A stretch of 64,000 bases of DNA from Octopus sinensis (lineage: Eukaryota), in assembly GCF_006345805.1 (NCBI RefSeq), contig NC_043009.1, positions 65,782,001-65,846,000 of the forward strand. Reading direction: 5' to 3'. Positions 50,150-63,259 of this stretch are shown piece by piece. The notes beneath the pieces were generated by a model that was given only the letters and a program-made list of their open reading frames with translations, was not told where the DNA came from and ran no database searches. A program made the translations under genes and the position numbers. How positions within the stretch are numbered: the stretch's first letter is position 1; each line of letters starts with the position of its first letter.

Positions 50150-50475
50150 TAAAATCCCCCTTTGGTCACGAATGAGCATGGGATTGCACCTAGAAAGTTC
50201 CTTTCCGGGGCACAAATCCGAGCAAGGTTGTTTATGGAAGATCAGCATTCGCCCATGCATACCAGGCTCCTCTCTTCACGCTACCAAGGTTATCCAAGGG
50301 AAAGGTAAAGGGGCCTATAACAACTTGGCACCAGTGATGCTGCAACTCACTTCTACAGCTGCATGAATTGGAGCAACGTGAAATAAAGTGTCTTGCTCAA
50401 GAACACAACACACAACCCGGTCCGGGAATCGAACGCGCAAATTTCCCGACTGTAATCCCGACGCTCTTATCACCG
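50150..50475 (-). mobile_element. SINE family D
   Basis: Reverse complement matches 38817-39165. Confidence 0.82.
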
Positions 50476-51242
50476 AGTCACACGCCCTCACACACACACA
50501 TATGTGTGTATGTATGTATATATTTGTGTGGCGGGGTATAGATATGTGTGTGTGGATATGTATACAAACATATATATACACACATGCGTGTGTACACACA
50601 TATACATCATTACTAGGGCCACACTAACCTCCTAATTATTCCCATCACCACCACCACCACCACCATCATTATGACTGCTTGCGCCACCATTAATTCAACC
50701 ATAAACATTGCCCCTATCACATCATCACTAGCTTCCATACCACCCGGTGCCCCTCCTTCAGTGCAATCTCTATCACCACTAACCCCATACCCTTACGCCC
50801 CATCAACCCCCACCCCCACCCTCGTCACAACTACCACCATGATGTCATCCCCACCCCACCATCAATACCACCCTCGCTATTTTTTCCAACACCACCACTC
50901 CTGTCGGAAAGGTAAATCCCCTTCAGATGTGTCACGTGCTGTAATCATTCACCTGTGACAGAAGCCAACCAACCAAAGGCCAACAGAAGCAGCATTATTG
51001 GTCTTTGACTGCAGGTGGGGCTCTTGTTTAACAGGGTGCCCACCCGGATTTTTACAAAACAACTACACTAATTAAATATTTTGTGATGAGTGTTGAGTGT
51101 GCGTAGAATATGAGTTGGTGTGCGCGTATATTTGTGCGCGTATATGCGTGCGCGCACGGACATATGTATACCGGGTTTTGTCGGATATATTTGTCACTGT
51201 GGGTCTGTGTATATGTTTATGTTTATATATATAAGTACAAAT

Positions 51243-51356
<114 letters not shown>

Positions 51357-51899
51357 GTATGTGTGTATGTATGTATATATATATATATATATATCAATAC
51401 ATATATATATATATATATCAATACATATACATAAATATATATATATATACATACATGCATACATACATATATATATATATGTATGCATGTATGTATATAT
51501 ATATTTATGTATATGTATTGATATATATACACACATACATATATACATACATGCATGCATATATATACATAAATACGTACGTACGTACATAGAACCATCC
51601 AAACACATATGTGTGTATATTTGTATACATTTAAGCATGTATATGCAGTACTTATAGAATGGACTGGTGCAAGAAGTTGAGTAAATGTGTGTGTCTGTGT
51701 TTGTATGTCTAAATATACGTGCTGTTCGTTTCGTGATCTCGTGAGCCCAAGTTCGTTTCTACTGCACAGTACTACAGGCAAGGGTGACTCAGTTCCACAT
51801 GGCTCAGAACGCCTCCTTTTCCTCAGATCTAAAGCGCTATCTAAAGGTGGGGCCACATTCTATACCCACAGACCTTTAAGTAAGAATTAAGCTTGATTG

Positions 51900-53200
51900 T
51901 AACTAAATACGAATACAAAATCTCAGTTCATGATGGTCATTCATTGTGATCATGTTATTACTGCAAGAACTTCCTCTATTTTGACGATCTCTTGTGCACA
52001 GCTTCTGGAATGCCTCTCATCAACCTCCAGCAGTAATCTGCCATGATGTTTGAGTCCCATCGGCCTTGGTAGCGTTCTGCCATTACTTTTACATCTTGAC
52101 GAAAGCGTTCACTTTGTTCTTTGCTTACGTCACTCAGGTTTTCTGGAAACTCACCCAAGTGGCTGTGTAAATAGTGCAATTTAATGCTCATTCTATATCC
52201 AAGTGCTTACAAACTCAAGATCAACTCCTCCACAATCTCTTGATAGTTGTCGCCATTTTTGTTTCCAAGGAAATTCTGCACAGCATCAGAGAAGGCATTC
52301 CAAGCTCTAGCCTCCGCCGCACTCCGAGGATCTCCGAGGAGTGTTCTTATTTGAGGTCCATCAAATATTCCTGCCTTCTTCTCGTTACTGAGATCTGGAA
52401 AGCCTGCACATACATATATCAAGAGCTTTGATGAATTGCTTCATCACACCAAGTTTCAACACAGGTTTTGCAAACTGTGTGGGAAGCCTAGGTTTTGTCA
52501 TGGTCTCCAGGTATTACTTTAAAATAAACAAGACACACCTTCTTGACTAAGTTATCAGTGTTGCACCTTTGATTCTGTGGAATGAAGTTACCACAGACGT
52601 AACAGAAAATATCGGGGTCTTTACAACACGTTCTTCTTTTTGATGTTGTATCCATACCCGAATCACAGTTGTTCAGTTCACACCTGACAAAGGAAAGAAA
52701 GGGTTTCAAAGCAAAACTCAACTTGAATAAGTAACAATTATTTACCAACCTAATTTGGCAGTCCCGTTTGGGGCGAAGGTTGCTGTTGTTTAGCCCCAGG
52801 AGGCATCGTATGCCGTATAACCAGCTGGGGACGATGCCTCCTGGGGCTAAACAACCGTAGCCTTCGCCCCAAACGGGACTGTCACGTTAGGTTGGCAAAT
52901 AATCGTTACTTTGAAGTGCTGCTACTGAATATCTTTCGTTGAGAGATTTAGGAACGTCAATGTTTCTATTTATCAACTTGAATATATTATTCAAAATTAG
53001 CATGACATTCTAGCCAAAATTCCCACAAATAGTGGTGTAAAGTTAACTTTCGGTATGTACCAGGTAAATAAAGGTATATACCGATGACACAAAATGTGAT
53101 ATGATTGAGCAAATGTGAGGACATTTTTGGAATCAGCAGCCAAAAATTAGTCTAAAAGATTTTATGCCAGAAAATAAAAGTCTTATTTTGTTGACCAGTG
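51900..53200 (-). mobile_element. Internally deleted Chapaev3-like (CMC-group) DNA transposon remnant with one terminus
   Basis: N-term CCKDPDIFCYVCG; C-term GIFDGPQIR, MSIKLHYLHSHL..FPENLSDVS.EQSERF.QD..MAERYQGRWD..MADYCW. Terminus CACTGGTCAACAAAA (ends 53200) next to TAA. Family name is from recall. Confidence 0.7.
52730..52910. repeat. ~80-bp-arm GC-rich hairpin inside the transposon 5' non-coding region
   Basis: 52730-52809 versus 52831-52910, ~90% complementary, 21-nt loop. Confidence 0.9.
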
Positions 53201-53344
53201 TAATAGTTAGTGACAGCAAAATTGAAAAACTTGTTAGGCAAAACGAGTAACAAATTGATATCTGTCCAGAAATACTGTTTAATGTGTCCTAATGTCAGAC
53301 GACACAGTTTGATTTGAGGGAGATTAAGCTGATGTTACTTATTT

Positions 53345-53570
53345 CTTTATTGCCCACAAGGGGCTAAACATAGAGGGGGCAAACAAGGACAGACAAAGGG
53401 ATTAAGTCGATTACATTGGCCCCAGTGCGTAACTGGTACTTAATTTATCGACCCCGAAAGGATGAAAGGCAAAGTCGACCTCGACGAAATTTGAACTCGG
53501 AACGCAACGGAAGACGAAATACGGCTACGCTGTTCGCCCGGCGCGCTAACGTTTCTGCCAGCTCGCCGTC
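53345..53570 (-). mobile_element. Full-length SINE family B
   Basis: Same motifs as 27561-27792. Confidence 0.9.
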
Positions 53571-54519
53571 TTATTACGCTGATGTTTTTAATAACGCAAA
53601 AAAAAACAACGAAAAAGTTTCATGATTGATTCGAGAGGAAGAAGGTTAACATGCGTAACAAAATTCACAAGAAGCAGCGGGCAGCAATTCTGAAGTAAAT
53701 TCTGTGGACGTTTAATCTTTTATAACACTGACTCCTATGAACGGGTTATTAGAACTTCAGTAGTCGAAGGTTACTGGAAGATTTTTTTTCGGTGACTTCA
53801 GACAAAGAAGAGCAAGGCTTCTTACCATTTCCAGTCCACACCACCGCATCAATAATGAGAGGAAAGGCGGAAAGTGTTCTCAAACTGATGGCTTGACTCG
53901 AATACTTACAAGAAGTGACATCTCCGCTAAAGGCACTCAAAGACAATGAAGTGTCATTAGACAGAGTTATGGATCAAGTCTAAAGAACAGCTTCCATATA
54001 TTTTACGTCTGACAAATTTTGGTTGATTCCAGGCTACGATAGGAGTCGCTGGCCCCACGTACCGCACAATGGTCTCAGGACTGAAGCTAAAACGTCCATT
54101 CCTGTACTCTGAGAGTTGAGCACAAACAGTGGGGAGAAGAAGAAAAGAGAGAGTCCAAGACAAAAGCCACCCAAGAAACGTTTGCACTGTGTGTACAGAA
54201 TGAGGAGAGAATCGCCGTAGTAGATGGCGCTGGTATCCACTTTACCACACGTGACCGCGATGACTCTAAATATTAATCTCTAAAACCAGCGCAAGCTGCT
54301 ATGGAGAATGACTACAGTCAATTATATCGACACGAGTATTTGACTGGTACTTTATCTTATTAACCTTAGAAGGATAAAGGGCAAAGGCGACCCCAGTGCA
54401 GGATTTGAACTCCATATGTAAAGATCTGTGACGAAACATACCCAAACAATTATTCCAATTGATCGCCTTTATAAGTGACAGCATTGAGAAATGCTGATAA
54501 ATAAGATTATAAAGAGTTA

Positions 54520-54995
54520 CTTGAGATTTTTGGAGGGAACAAGGGATCCAAAAACATTGTGTGCTACAAATTAAGGAGTGTTTTAATTTGCTTACCTAAG
54601 CAGCTGTTTAACGGGAAGTGGCTGCATGATTAACATCCGTGATAGAAATCTAAGAACCGTTTTAGGGATGTCGGTAAAAAAAAAAAAAAGAACCTTAAGG
54701 CTCTTAGTGTGGCTGATAACGGGACGGAAGAAGATGATGGGAAATCGATCAGTTTGGAAAGAAATGATCTACAATGGCTGTAAAGCATTTGAAGGATGGG
54801 GGACCGAACGCTCCAACTTGAAACGAACACTTCGTAAAAGGAGTTCACTTCAATCTCTAACACTATTCTGTCTGAAAAATGTTTGTAGCATCTACCGTAG
54901 GGTCTGTTTGTCTGAAGCCGGACTTGGAATTCATATGAGATCTCATAACAACATTTCTTAATTGAAGAAATGGCTCTCATTTGTAAAGTGAAAAC
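54520..54995 (+). mobile_element. RTE-clade LINE 3' remnant with a C-terminal zinc finger
   Basis: LPKQLFNG.., RSVWKEMIYNGCKAFE..KRTLRK..CSIYRRVCLSEAGLGIHMRSH. Confidence 0.7.
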
Positions 54996-55894
54996 CACCA
55001 TGCGCGCGCATGTGTGTATACACACATGCACACATACATATTTGTATACATATACACTTTATTCCTGATTGTTCACTCGGTTTTAACTGATAAGTGTGTC
55101 CCTGTCATGGGTGCCTATGGTTACGAATATTTGGTGATATGTTCAGACGAAGTGAGACGGAAGGGCGCGACTGTGTGGACGCTGAGAAAGCTGACTGGAC
55201 ATTCAACATGTCTTGGTTAAGATATGTTTTGGCACTGGAGGCAAACTCACACACATACGTGCACGCTCGTTGAGAAATATACACGAGTGGGAGATATATT
55301 ACACATACATACAAAAATAACTTATTGCTCAAACACAGAGAAAGAGAGACAGACAGACAGACAGAGATGGGGAAAAACGAGAGAAGCATTAAAACGCCTG
55401 ATGCCAAATAAGTCAGCATCGAATCAGCGATGCAAAATAGGTGACAGCAAAACGACTCTGAGAAATGTTCCGTTCCCACATCAAGAGGTCAAGACTCCAC
55501 CTCGTAGATGTTGATGAGATTTCAATGATGGACACAGCTGCTTTTGTGATAGGCGATTAGCAACTACTCTCGCATATGAAAAAAAAAATTATGTACCGTG
55601 TTAACCGAGGAACTTATGGAAGGGTTGATGTTTCATTGTCGCAGACTTATATGACAACCGATCGCCACAAAGAACTTTCTGAAGTTGCACTAAAAGACTC
55701 GATTTTTCGACTTTAAAAACGCTTCAATAAGTGACAACACTTGAAACTTTTTGTGAGACATATCTACGGGATTCGAATATCTTTCAGTAAACGTCTGGAA
55801 AAGCTGAACGTCAAGAAAGTTGGCCAGAAACTACAATCACTGAAGTTTTCATGCGAGGATAACGTTCTTTCGTGTGTGTATATACATGCATATG

Positions 55895-56125
55895 AAAGCG
55901 GCGAGCTGGCAGAAACGTTAGCACGCCGGACGAAATGCGTAGCCGTATTTCGTCTGTCGTTCCGTTCTGAGTTCAAATTCCTCCGAGGTCGACTTTGCCT
56001 TTCATCCTTTCGGGGTCGATAGATTAAGTACCAGTTACGCACTGGGGTCGATATAATCGACTTAATCCCTTTGTCTGTCCTTGTTTGTCCCCACTATGTT
56101 TAGCCCCTTGTGGGCAATAAAGAAA
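55895..56125 (+). mobile_element. Full-length SINE family B
   Basis: GCGGCGAGCTGGCAGAAACGTTAGC...GAGTTCAAATTC...GGGCAATAAAGAAA. Confidence 0.9.
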
Positions 56126-56715
56126 CATATATACATGCATATCGGAATACACACAAACATACAAACCTGCGTGCAAGCACTTACGCGTAGACGTATATAT
56201 GTGTGTATGTATATATATATATATATAGAGAGAGAGAGTATATGCATGTATATACACTATATGCATGATATACGAGTACATGATTACATGCATATAATAC
56301 CTAACGCATATGTTTATAATTATATATAGATATTGATGGGGAGTGCGTGTGTGTGTGTATAAATGCATGTATGCACATTGAAGTGTGTGTAACGCATGTC
56401 TGAATGTGCTTAAGTGTGTATGGTATGTGTTTCAGTGCATATAATACTCCTGTTAAAAGTACGTGGTGTGTATACACACGCGGGCAACAAAAGCGACCCC
56501 ATTGTGCAGTGTCAGGGTTAATAGGACCAGAGCCAGCATTAATTGCCAGAAAACAAAAGCTCTGTCTGCCAATATCTATAAACGACCCAACGCCACCCTC
56601 AATGAATAAAAGACTTTCTATGGCTGCCACCACTTCACTTCCCCAATCCACTTTCCTTCCAACCGCCACCGCCACCGCCGCCACACCACCGGTCTCAACC
56701 ATTCTCTGTCTTCAG

Positions 56716-56761
56716 ACCGACTCGCACACTCTCTTCACCAATGCACCGTCATTACCACCAG
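56716..56761 (+). CDS. Candidate small exon of an unidentified gene (possibly extending from 56510 or 56516)
   Basis: Acceptor ATTCTCTGTCTTCAG| and donor CAG|GTAAGC; frame open from 56404 (..[16 protein letters not shown]). No homology recognised. Confidence 0.25.
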
Positions 56762-56944
56762 GTAAGCTTCATTCAGACGCACAAATTAAATTGAAAAAAA
56801 CAAAAGTACGTCTATACTCTCTTTCTGTTTGTGTGAATGCAAGTGCATGCGAGCATGCATATATGTGCATGCGAGCATGCATATATGTGCATGCGAGCAT
56901 GCATATATGTGCATGTGTGTGTGTCTATACACACACACACATAC

Positions 56945-56994
<50 letters not shown>

Positions 56995-57001
56995 CATACA
57001 C

Positions 57002-57054
<53 letters not shown>

Positions 57055-57087
57055 CATACACATATATATATATATGTACACACACAC

Positions 57088-57119
<32 letters not shown>

Positions 57120-57477
57120 GCGAGGCAGAGAAAGAGATAGAAAGAAAGAAAGAAAGAAGAAAGAAAGAAAGAAAGAAAGAAAGTAAGAGAGAAAGAAATA
57201 GAGAGAGAGAGTGATGTAGTAATGGGTTTAAATACAATTTGGTCTCATACAAATATATTTACAAGGAGTACAAAAAAAAAGTGCACAACAAAAGTACAGA
57301 ATAAGAAAATATGTTTCAGAAAGCTCGGAGTTGCGTAAAAACTGTAATAAGCATAAATTGCAGATGAAATAAGCAGAAGAGTCATGAGTATGTAACTGAT
57401 AACCAATCGCATGGAGATACTACAGTAAGTCCGGCTTCTTTCATTAAGAGAAGATTGGCAAATACGGTTCATATATA

Positions 57478-57808
57478 TTTATTGCCCACAAGGAGCTAAA
57501 CACAGAGAGGACAAACAAGGACAGACAAACGGATTAAGTCGATTATATCGACCCCAGTGCGTAACTGGTACTTAATTTATCGACCCCAAAAGGATGAAAG
57601 GCAAAGTTGAGCTCGGCGGAATTTGAACTCAGAACGTAGTCTGCCGCTACGTTGTGAGTTCAAATTCCGCCGAGGTCGACTTTGCCTTTCATCCTTTCGG
57701 GGTCAATTAAGCAAGTACCAGTTACGCACTGGGGTCGATATAATCGACTTAATCCATTTGTCTGTCCTTGTTTGTCCTCTCTGTGTTTAGCTCCTTGTGG
57801 GCAATAAA
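57478..57808. mobile_element. Palindromic fold-back of SINE family B with heads deleted at the centre
   Basis: ~162-bp arms around loop TCTGCCG (57640-57646); both arms share private variants. Confidence 0.92.
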
Positions 57809-57876
57809 GAAATAGGTATTTCATCCGACCACTTTCTGAGTTCTAATCTCAACTATAGCAGCCGTACATTTGATTG

Positions 57877-57951
<75 letters not shown>

Positions 57952-58459
57952 AGTCAGACACATACTCAAGTGTGTGTATGTGTGTATATATATATATAAT
58001 CACTTATGAATTGGAAGCATCACGAGGTATTAAGACTTACCTTCAGGTGTTTCTAACGCCAGGCGTATTGAGAATATATTCTCTTGTGTCTAAAACGCAA
58101 CCAACCCACGAACTAACAACACACACACACACACACACTTTGAATATGTGCATTCGATTTTGTATATATATATATATATAACAAGAGAATGGAATGAACC
58201 GGTTTTAATCACAAGTCGCAACATTTGTTTCTGTGCACTGGTAACAGTTGTTAGTCGCTGAGTTTCCCATATCATACTATTATAAATAATTACATAAATA
58301 TAACAGTCTATTCCTTTTTCATATTCCACCTCTTCAAAGTCAATGTCGCCCATAACAGTTAACGAAGAGGCTCGAATTACGAGAAATAACAGCCAATATC
58401 CTTTAAATCACATACATTCTACTGTCTTTAAATGAAGTTAGGACACATTTTTGATAATG

Positions 58460-58885
58460 TAGTGCTAGGTCTTGTACTTGTTACTTGTACTGTTACTTGT
58501 ACTTGTGGCGACATTCACCCTGGGCGGGTTGAGTCGGCTTCTTCTACCACCCTCGAAGCATCTCGAACCATGGCAGCGGAAGAAGTTTCGTGGGGAATAT
58601 GAATTTCACAAGCTGTCCCCAACAATCCCACATGTAGAGACATCCTGTTTGCCGCAGTTTGTCCGCAGACGCAGGGACAGAAAGGACCGAGGAGCCGCCG
58701 GTTGCCGAAACAGACACTCTGAGGATTTTCACCAGAGCTCCGTTTGCTGGGTTGTGGTCCCTAATACCACTCGGTGTCAGATAAATCCGCCTTCGGTGGC
58801 CCTACCAGGAACCGAAGTTCCCCCACGGCATAGCTCTGACGCTACCCGTTGCCAGCGTCCCCACCACGGTGAGGAGGCGATGGAC
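58460..58885 (-). mobile_element. Short non-autonomous RTE-derived element (RTE-like 5' motif plus (CAAGTA)n tail)
   Basis: GTGGTGGGG..AGAGCTATGCC..GGAAC-TTCG-GTTCC-TGGTAGG, similar to the RTE 5' UTR at 20085-20165; tandem CAAGTA tail at 58470-58505. Confidence 0.65.
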
Positions 58886-59209
58886 TTTGGGTCCACTCTG
58901 AAACCCAGTAATTTTCAAGACTTGAATGAACACCATTAATTAGAGTTCTGGTCGACCACGGATTACCTGAAGCCAAGCAACAACAACCTGCAATCAGCCA
59001 ACATTAATTTCCAGTTAACCATTTCGCTTATCTCGGTTGTCAATCGGTTTTCACTTTATACCATATCTGTTATATCTTAATATCTTAATAATGCTTTTTG
59101 ATTTCACATGTGTCTGCGTGCACGTGTATGTGTTCACGCGCGCATGCGTTCTGCTTATTTGAGTTTCAATAACTACTTATATTTTTTTGTGGGTGTGTGC
59201 TTACCTGCC

Positions 59210-59272
<63 letters not shown>

Positions 59273-59355
59273 CTTTCTTTCTTTCTTTCTTCCTGCCTTC
59301 CTTCGTTTCTTTCTTTCTCTGTTTATTTTTCTTCTATTTCAGTTACTTTTGTTTC

Positions 59356-59394
<39 letters not shown>

Positions 59395-60405
59395 CCCTCT
59401 CTCTCTCTCTCTCCATTTCTGTGTGTGTGTGTGTTTTCTGGTGGCGAAACTCAATGAACTCTAATGATCGCCGAATCGCTCCATCTACCACGAGGTATTT
59501 GCTCAAATGAGAAGAGAACAATCTCAAAATAATAAACCTTTTAAAATTCCACTCAGCGGCGAGTATACCGTCGATGCTTGTTAACACATTTGTATGGTAT
59601 TGGACTGGAACGTGACAGACCTAGATTCCATAGACACGAGAAATCAAGGAAGAACTCACTTCGACATCAAAGAAGATAGTAAAACGTAAAGGAACAATGG
59701 ATTAATTATTCCTGTTCTCTATCTTTCCGATTCAATATAAATGCTTGCTTTATATGTACCCTGTTTGATTATGATCGTATAAAAATGGCGGTCTATTAAA
59801 AGGCGACATGAAACTGTTAAAAATGTGATATTAATGAAAATAATAAGAATAATTTCTTAGGTAAGCAGAAGGCTATCAATTGTTGTGGGCAGAAAACAGT
59901 CGATTATATCGATCGCTGTATTTTATTGAGGCTTATTTTATTAACACAAGAAATATAAAAGAGAAAGCTGACCTCGGCAAGATATGAATATAATCAAGAT
60001 TTTCTTTATTAACCACAAAAGTCCACATCGTAAATAAAGTTGTTTTTTTTTAAATGATTACAAAAACATTACAAAACATGTTTGATACATTTATACATTA
60101 AACGGACAGTTTAAAACCGAATAAAAATTAAATTGTAATATATAAAGGGACCCGCGATTGGGGTAGGTACTCCGTCTAGAGTCTATGAAGGCAACATTAA
60201 AGCCCGAACACCTTTCGCTCTGGATACTTCAGTTTTCTAACTGAAACACCCTGGCAAAATTTAATGACTGACCTTTTCATCCATGGTAAGTTTGTAACTT
60301 GCAACAAATTTTCTTAATTGCAAACTATATATATATATATATATATTTGTGTGTGTGTGTATGTGCTTCTCCCCCCCGCTATCGCTTGTTTATTTCCTCG
60401 TGTTC

Positions 60406-60441
60406 CTTTCTGTTGAAGAGCGTAGGCTCGAAACGTAAAAG
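60406..60441 (+). ncRNA. Minimal hammerhead-like motif with A6-to-U deviation, in a TA-embedded repeat fragment
   Basis: CTTT-CTGTTGA-A-GAGC-GTAG-GCTC-GAAAC-GTA-AAAG. Confidence 0.45.
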
Positions 60442-61429
60442 ACTTTCTCTCTCTCTCTCTCCCACCTCTCTTTCTCTAACACATACACATGTGTATACTC
60501 TCATACACACGTAAATAAAGAATGCATAAACACTTTTACAGAGTTCGAAAGAGTACAATGGAATGAGTTCCATCAAGAGACAGCATCAAACGTTTCAATA
60601 CTGCATCACATCACAATCACAATCACTATCGCATACACATTGCTTTACATAAAATCGGCAAAATAATTCTTGGCACAGCTAAAAGCATATCCCACAATGC
60701 AACACGAAAATACAACTCCCCCACACACCCCTGCAACCAAGCAACCAGAACACCAGAAACCGAGAATCTCATAAAAACCAGATTCAATTTCAAATACAAT
60801 AAAACTAATTGATATACAAGAACAAAAAAAATAAATAAAAATAAATAATAAAAATTTAAATTTAAAAAAAAAAACATGTAAAGAAATATCTAAATACAAT
60901 AGAGAAACTAAAACAATAGTATAACTCTATACAGGCTAATTAGCATCTCCCTCCTCTTCCTGCTCCTTTCATCATCATCATCATCGTCTTCAACAATGGT
61001 CATGCTACATGTCATAAAAACAAACTCCAATACTCTACCCATCCGTTTTGCATAACCAAGCAAATACGTTTATCAAATCTCTCTCGAAAAGCAGCCAGGG
61101 AAAGCCACAAAAAGAAGGCAGGTACTCGAAACAAACACTACCTACCTTCCCTAAACCCTGATTTTGAAGCTTTCATTCCACCAGACAACCAAAACAACAA
61201 CAACAGCAACACTCAAAACGATTGAGAAATTAAAAAAAAATTGAAAACTGTCAGGGCTAAACATGATCACAAACATACAAAACATGTAGACTTATGTCTG
61301 GAAGGAAACCGACACCGACAGCTCTTTTTATTCAACTGACAAATTCCAAGAAGGTGGAAGATGGATAAAATTATAACAATTCTAAAGCCTCCACAAAATC
61401 TCAAGTGACAACATATATATATATATATA

Positions 61430-61800
61430 TAATTATTTGAGGGAATATTAATCCTAACTTACAGGGAAAAAAATTCAATTTAGAAATACTAAATCAAATT
61501 TCACACAATATAATATATATATATAAAAATTAGAAACACCTTTTATTAATTCAAAATGAACAATTGAATTACACCGTCTAGAAAATTACATATAATAGAA
61601 ATATTAAATAAAAAAACGTATATAATTGGTAGAATAACAATTATATACGTTTTTATTATTTTTTTGCAATTTACTTAATCATCGGTATATTATTATTTTA
61701 ATTTTAATATTTCTATTATATGTAATTTTCTAGACGGTGTAATTTAATTGTTCATTTTGAATTAATAAAAGGTGTCTTTTTCTAATTTATATATATATAT
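61430..61800. mobile_element. AT-rich TA-embedded lead-plus-foldback element (~95-bp inverted repeats with inner hairpin)
   Basis: ~61515-61607 versus ~61700-61800; inner AAAAACGTATATAATTG/CAATTATATACGTTTTT; related to 7049-7310. Confidence 0.85.
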
Positions 61801-61989
61801 ATATATAACAAAGTATATATATGTATGTTGTGTGTGTGTGTGTGTGTGTGTATGATGTGTGTAATAAAAGATTGTAAGTTGCTTTACGCAGGCGACGAAC
61901 TAGTATGGCATTTCGCCCAATCAATAACACTTTACTCACCAATTTTCACCCAACATTTTAATGCTGTCACTCAAACTGCATAATACCTG

Positions 61990-63090
61990 CCAACATGGCT
62001 GCTTCTGTCAAAACCATTGCTTTCGGTACCATCAACGCCGCCGCCACCACCACCACCAGCATCTACCCCCCACAGATTACACTAACTGTACAACAAAACC
62101 ATTAACCACCATCAAAACCACTAATACTACGCCTCCCCCATCACTACCACCTCCAGTACAACTAACACCAACTCTGCCACAACTGCCCACTTCCGCCACC
62201 ACATCATAACTACTACTACCGGCACCACAATTACCACCACCACCACCATCCCATCACCACCAAATCATCACTGCCACCACCACCACCACCACTACCACCA
62301 CTACAACCACCTCCATCACTACCATCACCACCACCGCCACCACCACCACCTCCATCACCACCATCACTACCACCACTACAACCACCTCCATCGCTACCAT
62401 CACCACCACCATCACCACCACCGCCACCACCACCACCATCATCACTACCACTGCCACCACTACAACCACCTCCATCGCTACCATCACCACCACCGCCACC
62501 ACCACCACCACCATCACTACCACCATCACCACCACCACCAATACACCACCACCACCTCCATCACCACCATCACCACCACCATCATCACTACCACTACCAC
62601 AACCACCACCACCGCCACCACCACCACCACCATCACTACCACCATCACCACCGCCACCAATACACCACCACCACCTCCATCACCACCATCACCACCACCG
62701 CCACCACCACCACCAATACACCACCACTACCACCATCACCACCACCACCACTACCACCACAACCACCTCCATCACTACAATCACCACCACCTCCATCACC
62801 ACCATCACTCACCATCATCACTACCACCACTACAACCACCTCCATCACTACAATCACCACCACCGCCACCACCACCACCACCAGCACCACCACCATCACC
62901 ACCATCTCCATCACCACCGCCACCACCACCACCACCACCACCGCCATCACCACCATCTCCATCACCACCGCCACCACCACCACCACCACAACCACCTCCA
63001 CCACCACCACACCGCCATCAACCACCATCTCCCTCACCACCGCCACCACCACCACCACCACAACCACCTCCACCACCACCATCAACAAGC
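61990..63090. repeat. (CAC/CAT/CTA)n cryptic trinucleotide tract with higher-order repeats
   Basis: Recurring ACAACCACCTCCATCACTACCATCACCACC units. Confidence 0.92.
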
Positions 63091-63142
63091 CACTTTGTCC
63101 ATCTCGGTGTTTCCCTAACCATTTCTGTTAGAAAACAATCCG

Positions 63143-63242
63143 NNNNNNNNNNNNNNNNNNNNNNNNNNNNNNNNNNNNNNNNNNNNNNNNNNNNNNNNNN
63201 NNNNNNNNNNNNNNNNNNNNNNNNNNNNNNNNNNNNNNNNNN
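63143..63242. other. Assembly gap (100 N)
   Basis: Run of n. Confidence 1.
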
Positions 63243-63259
63243 TATATATATATATATAT

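Noticed and set aside
62254-63088. Val/Met-rich ORFs on minus
   Set aside because: Translations of a CAC/CAT triplet tract next to an assembly gap.
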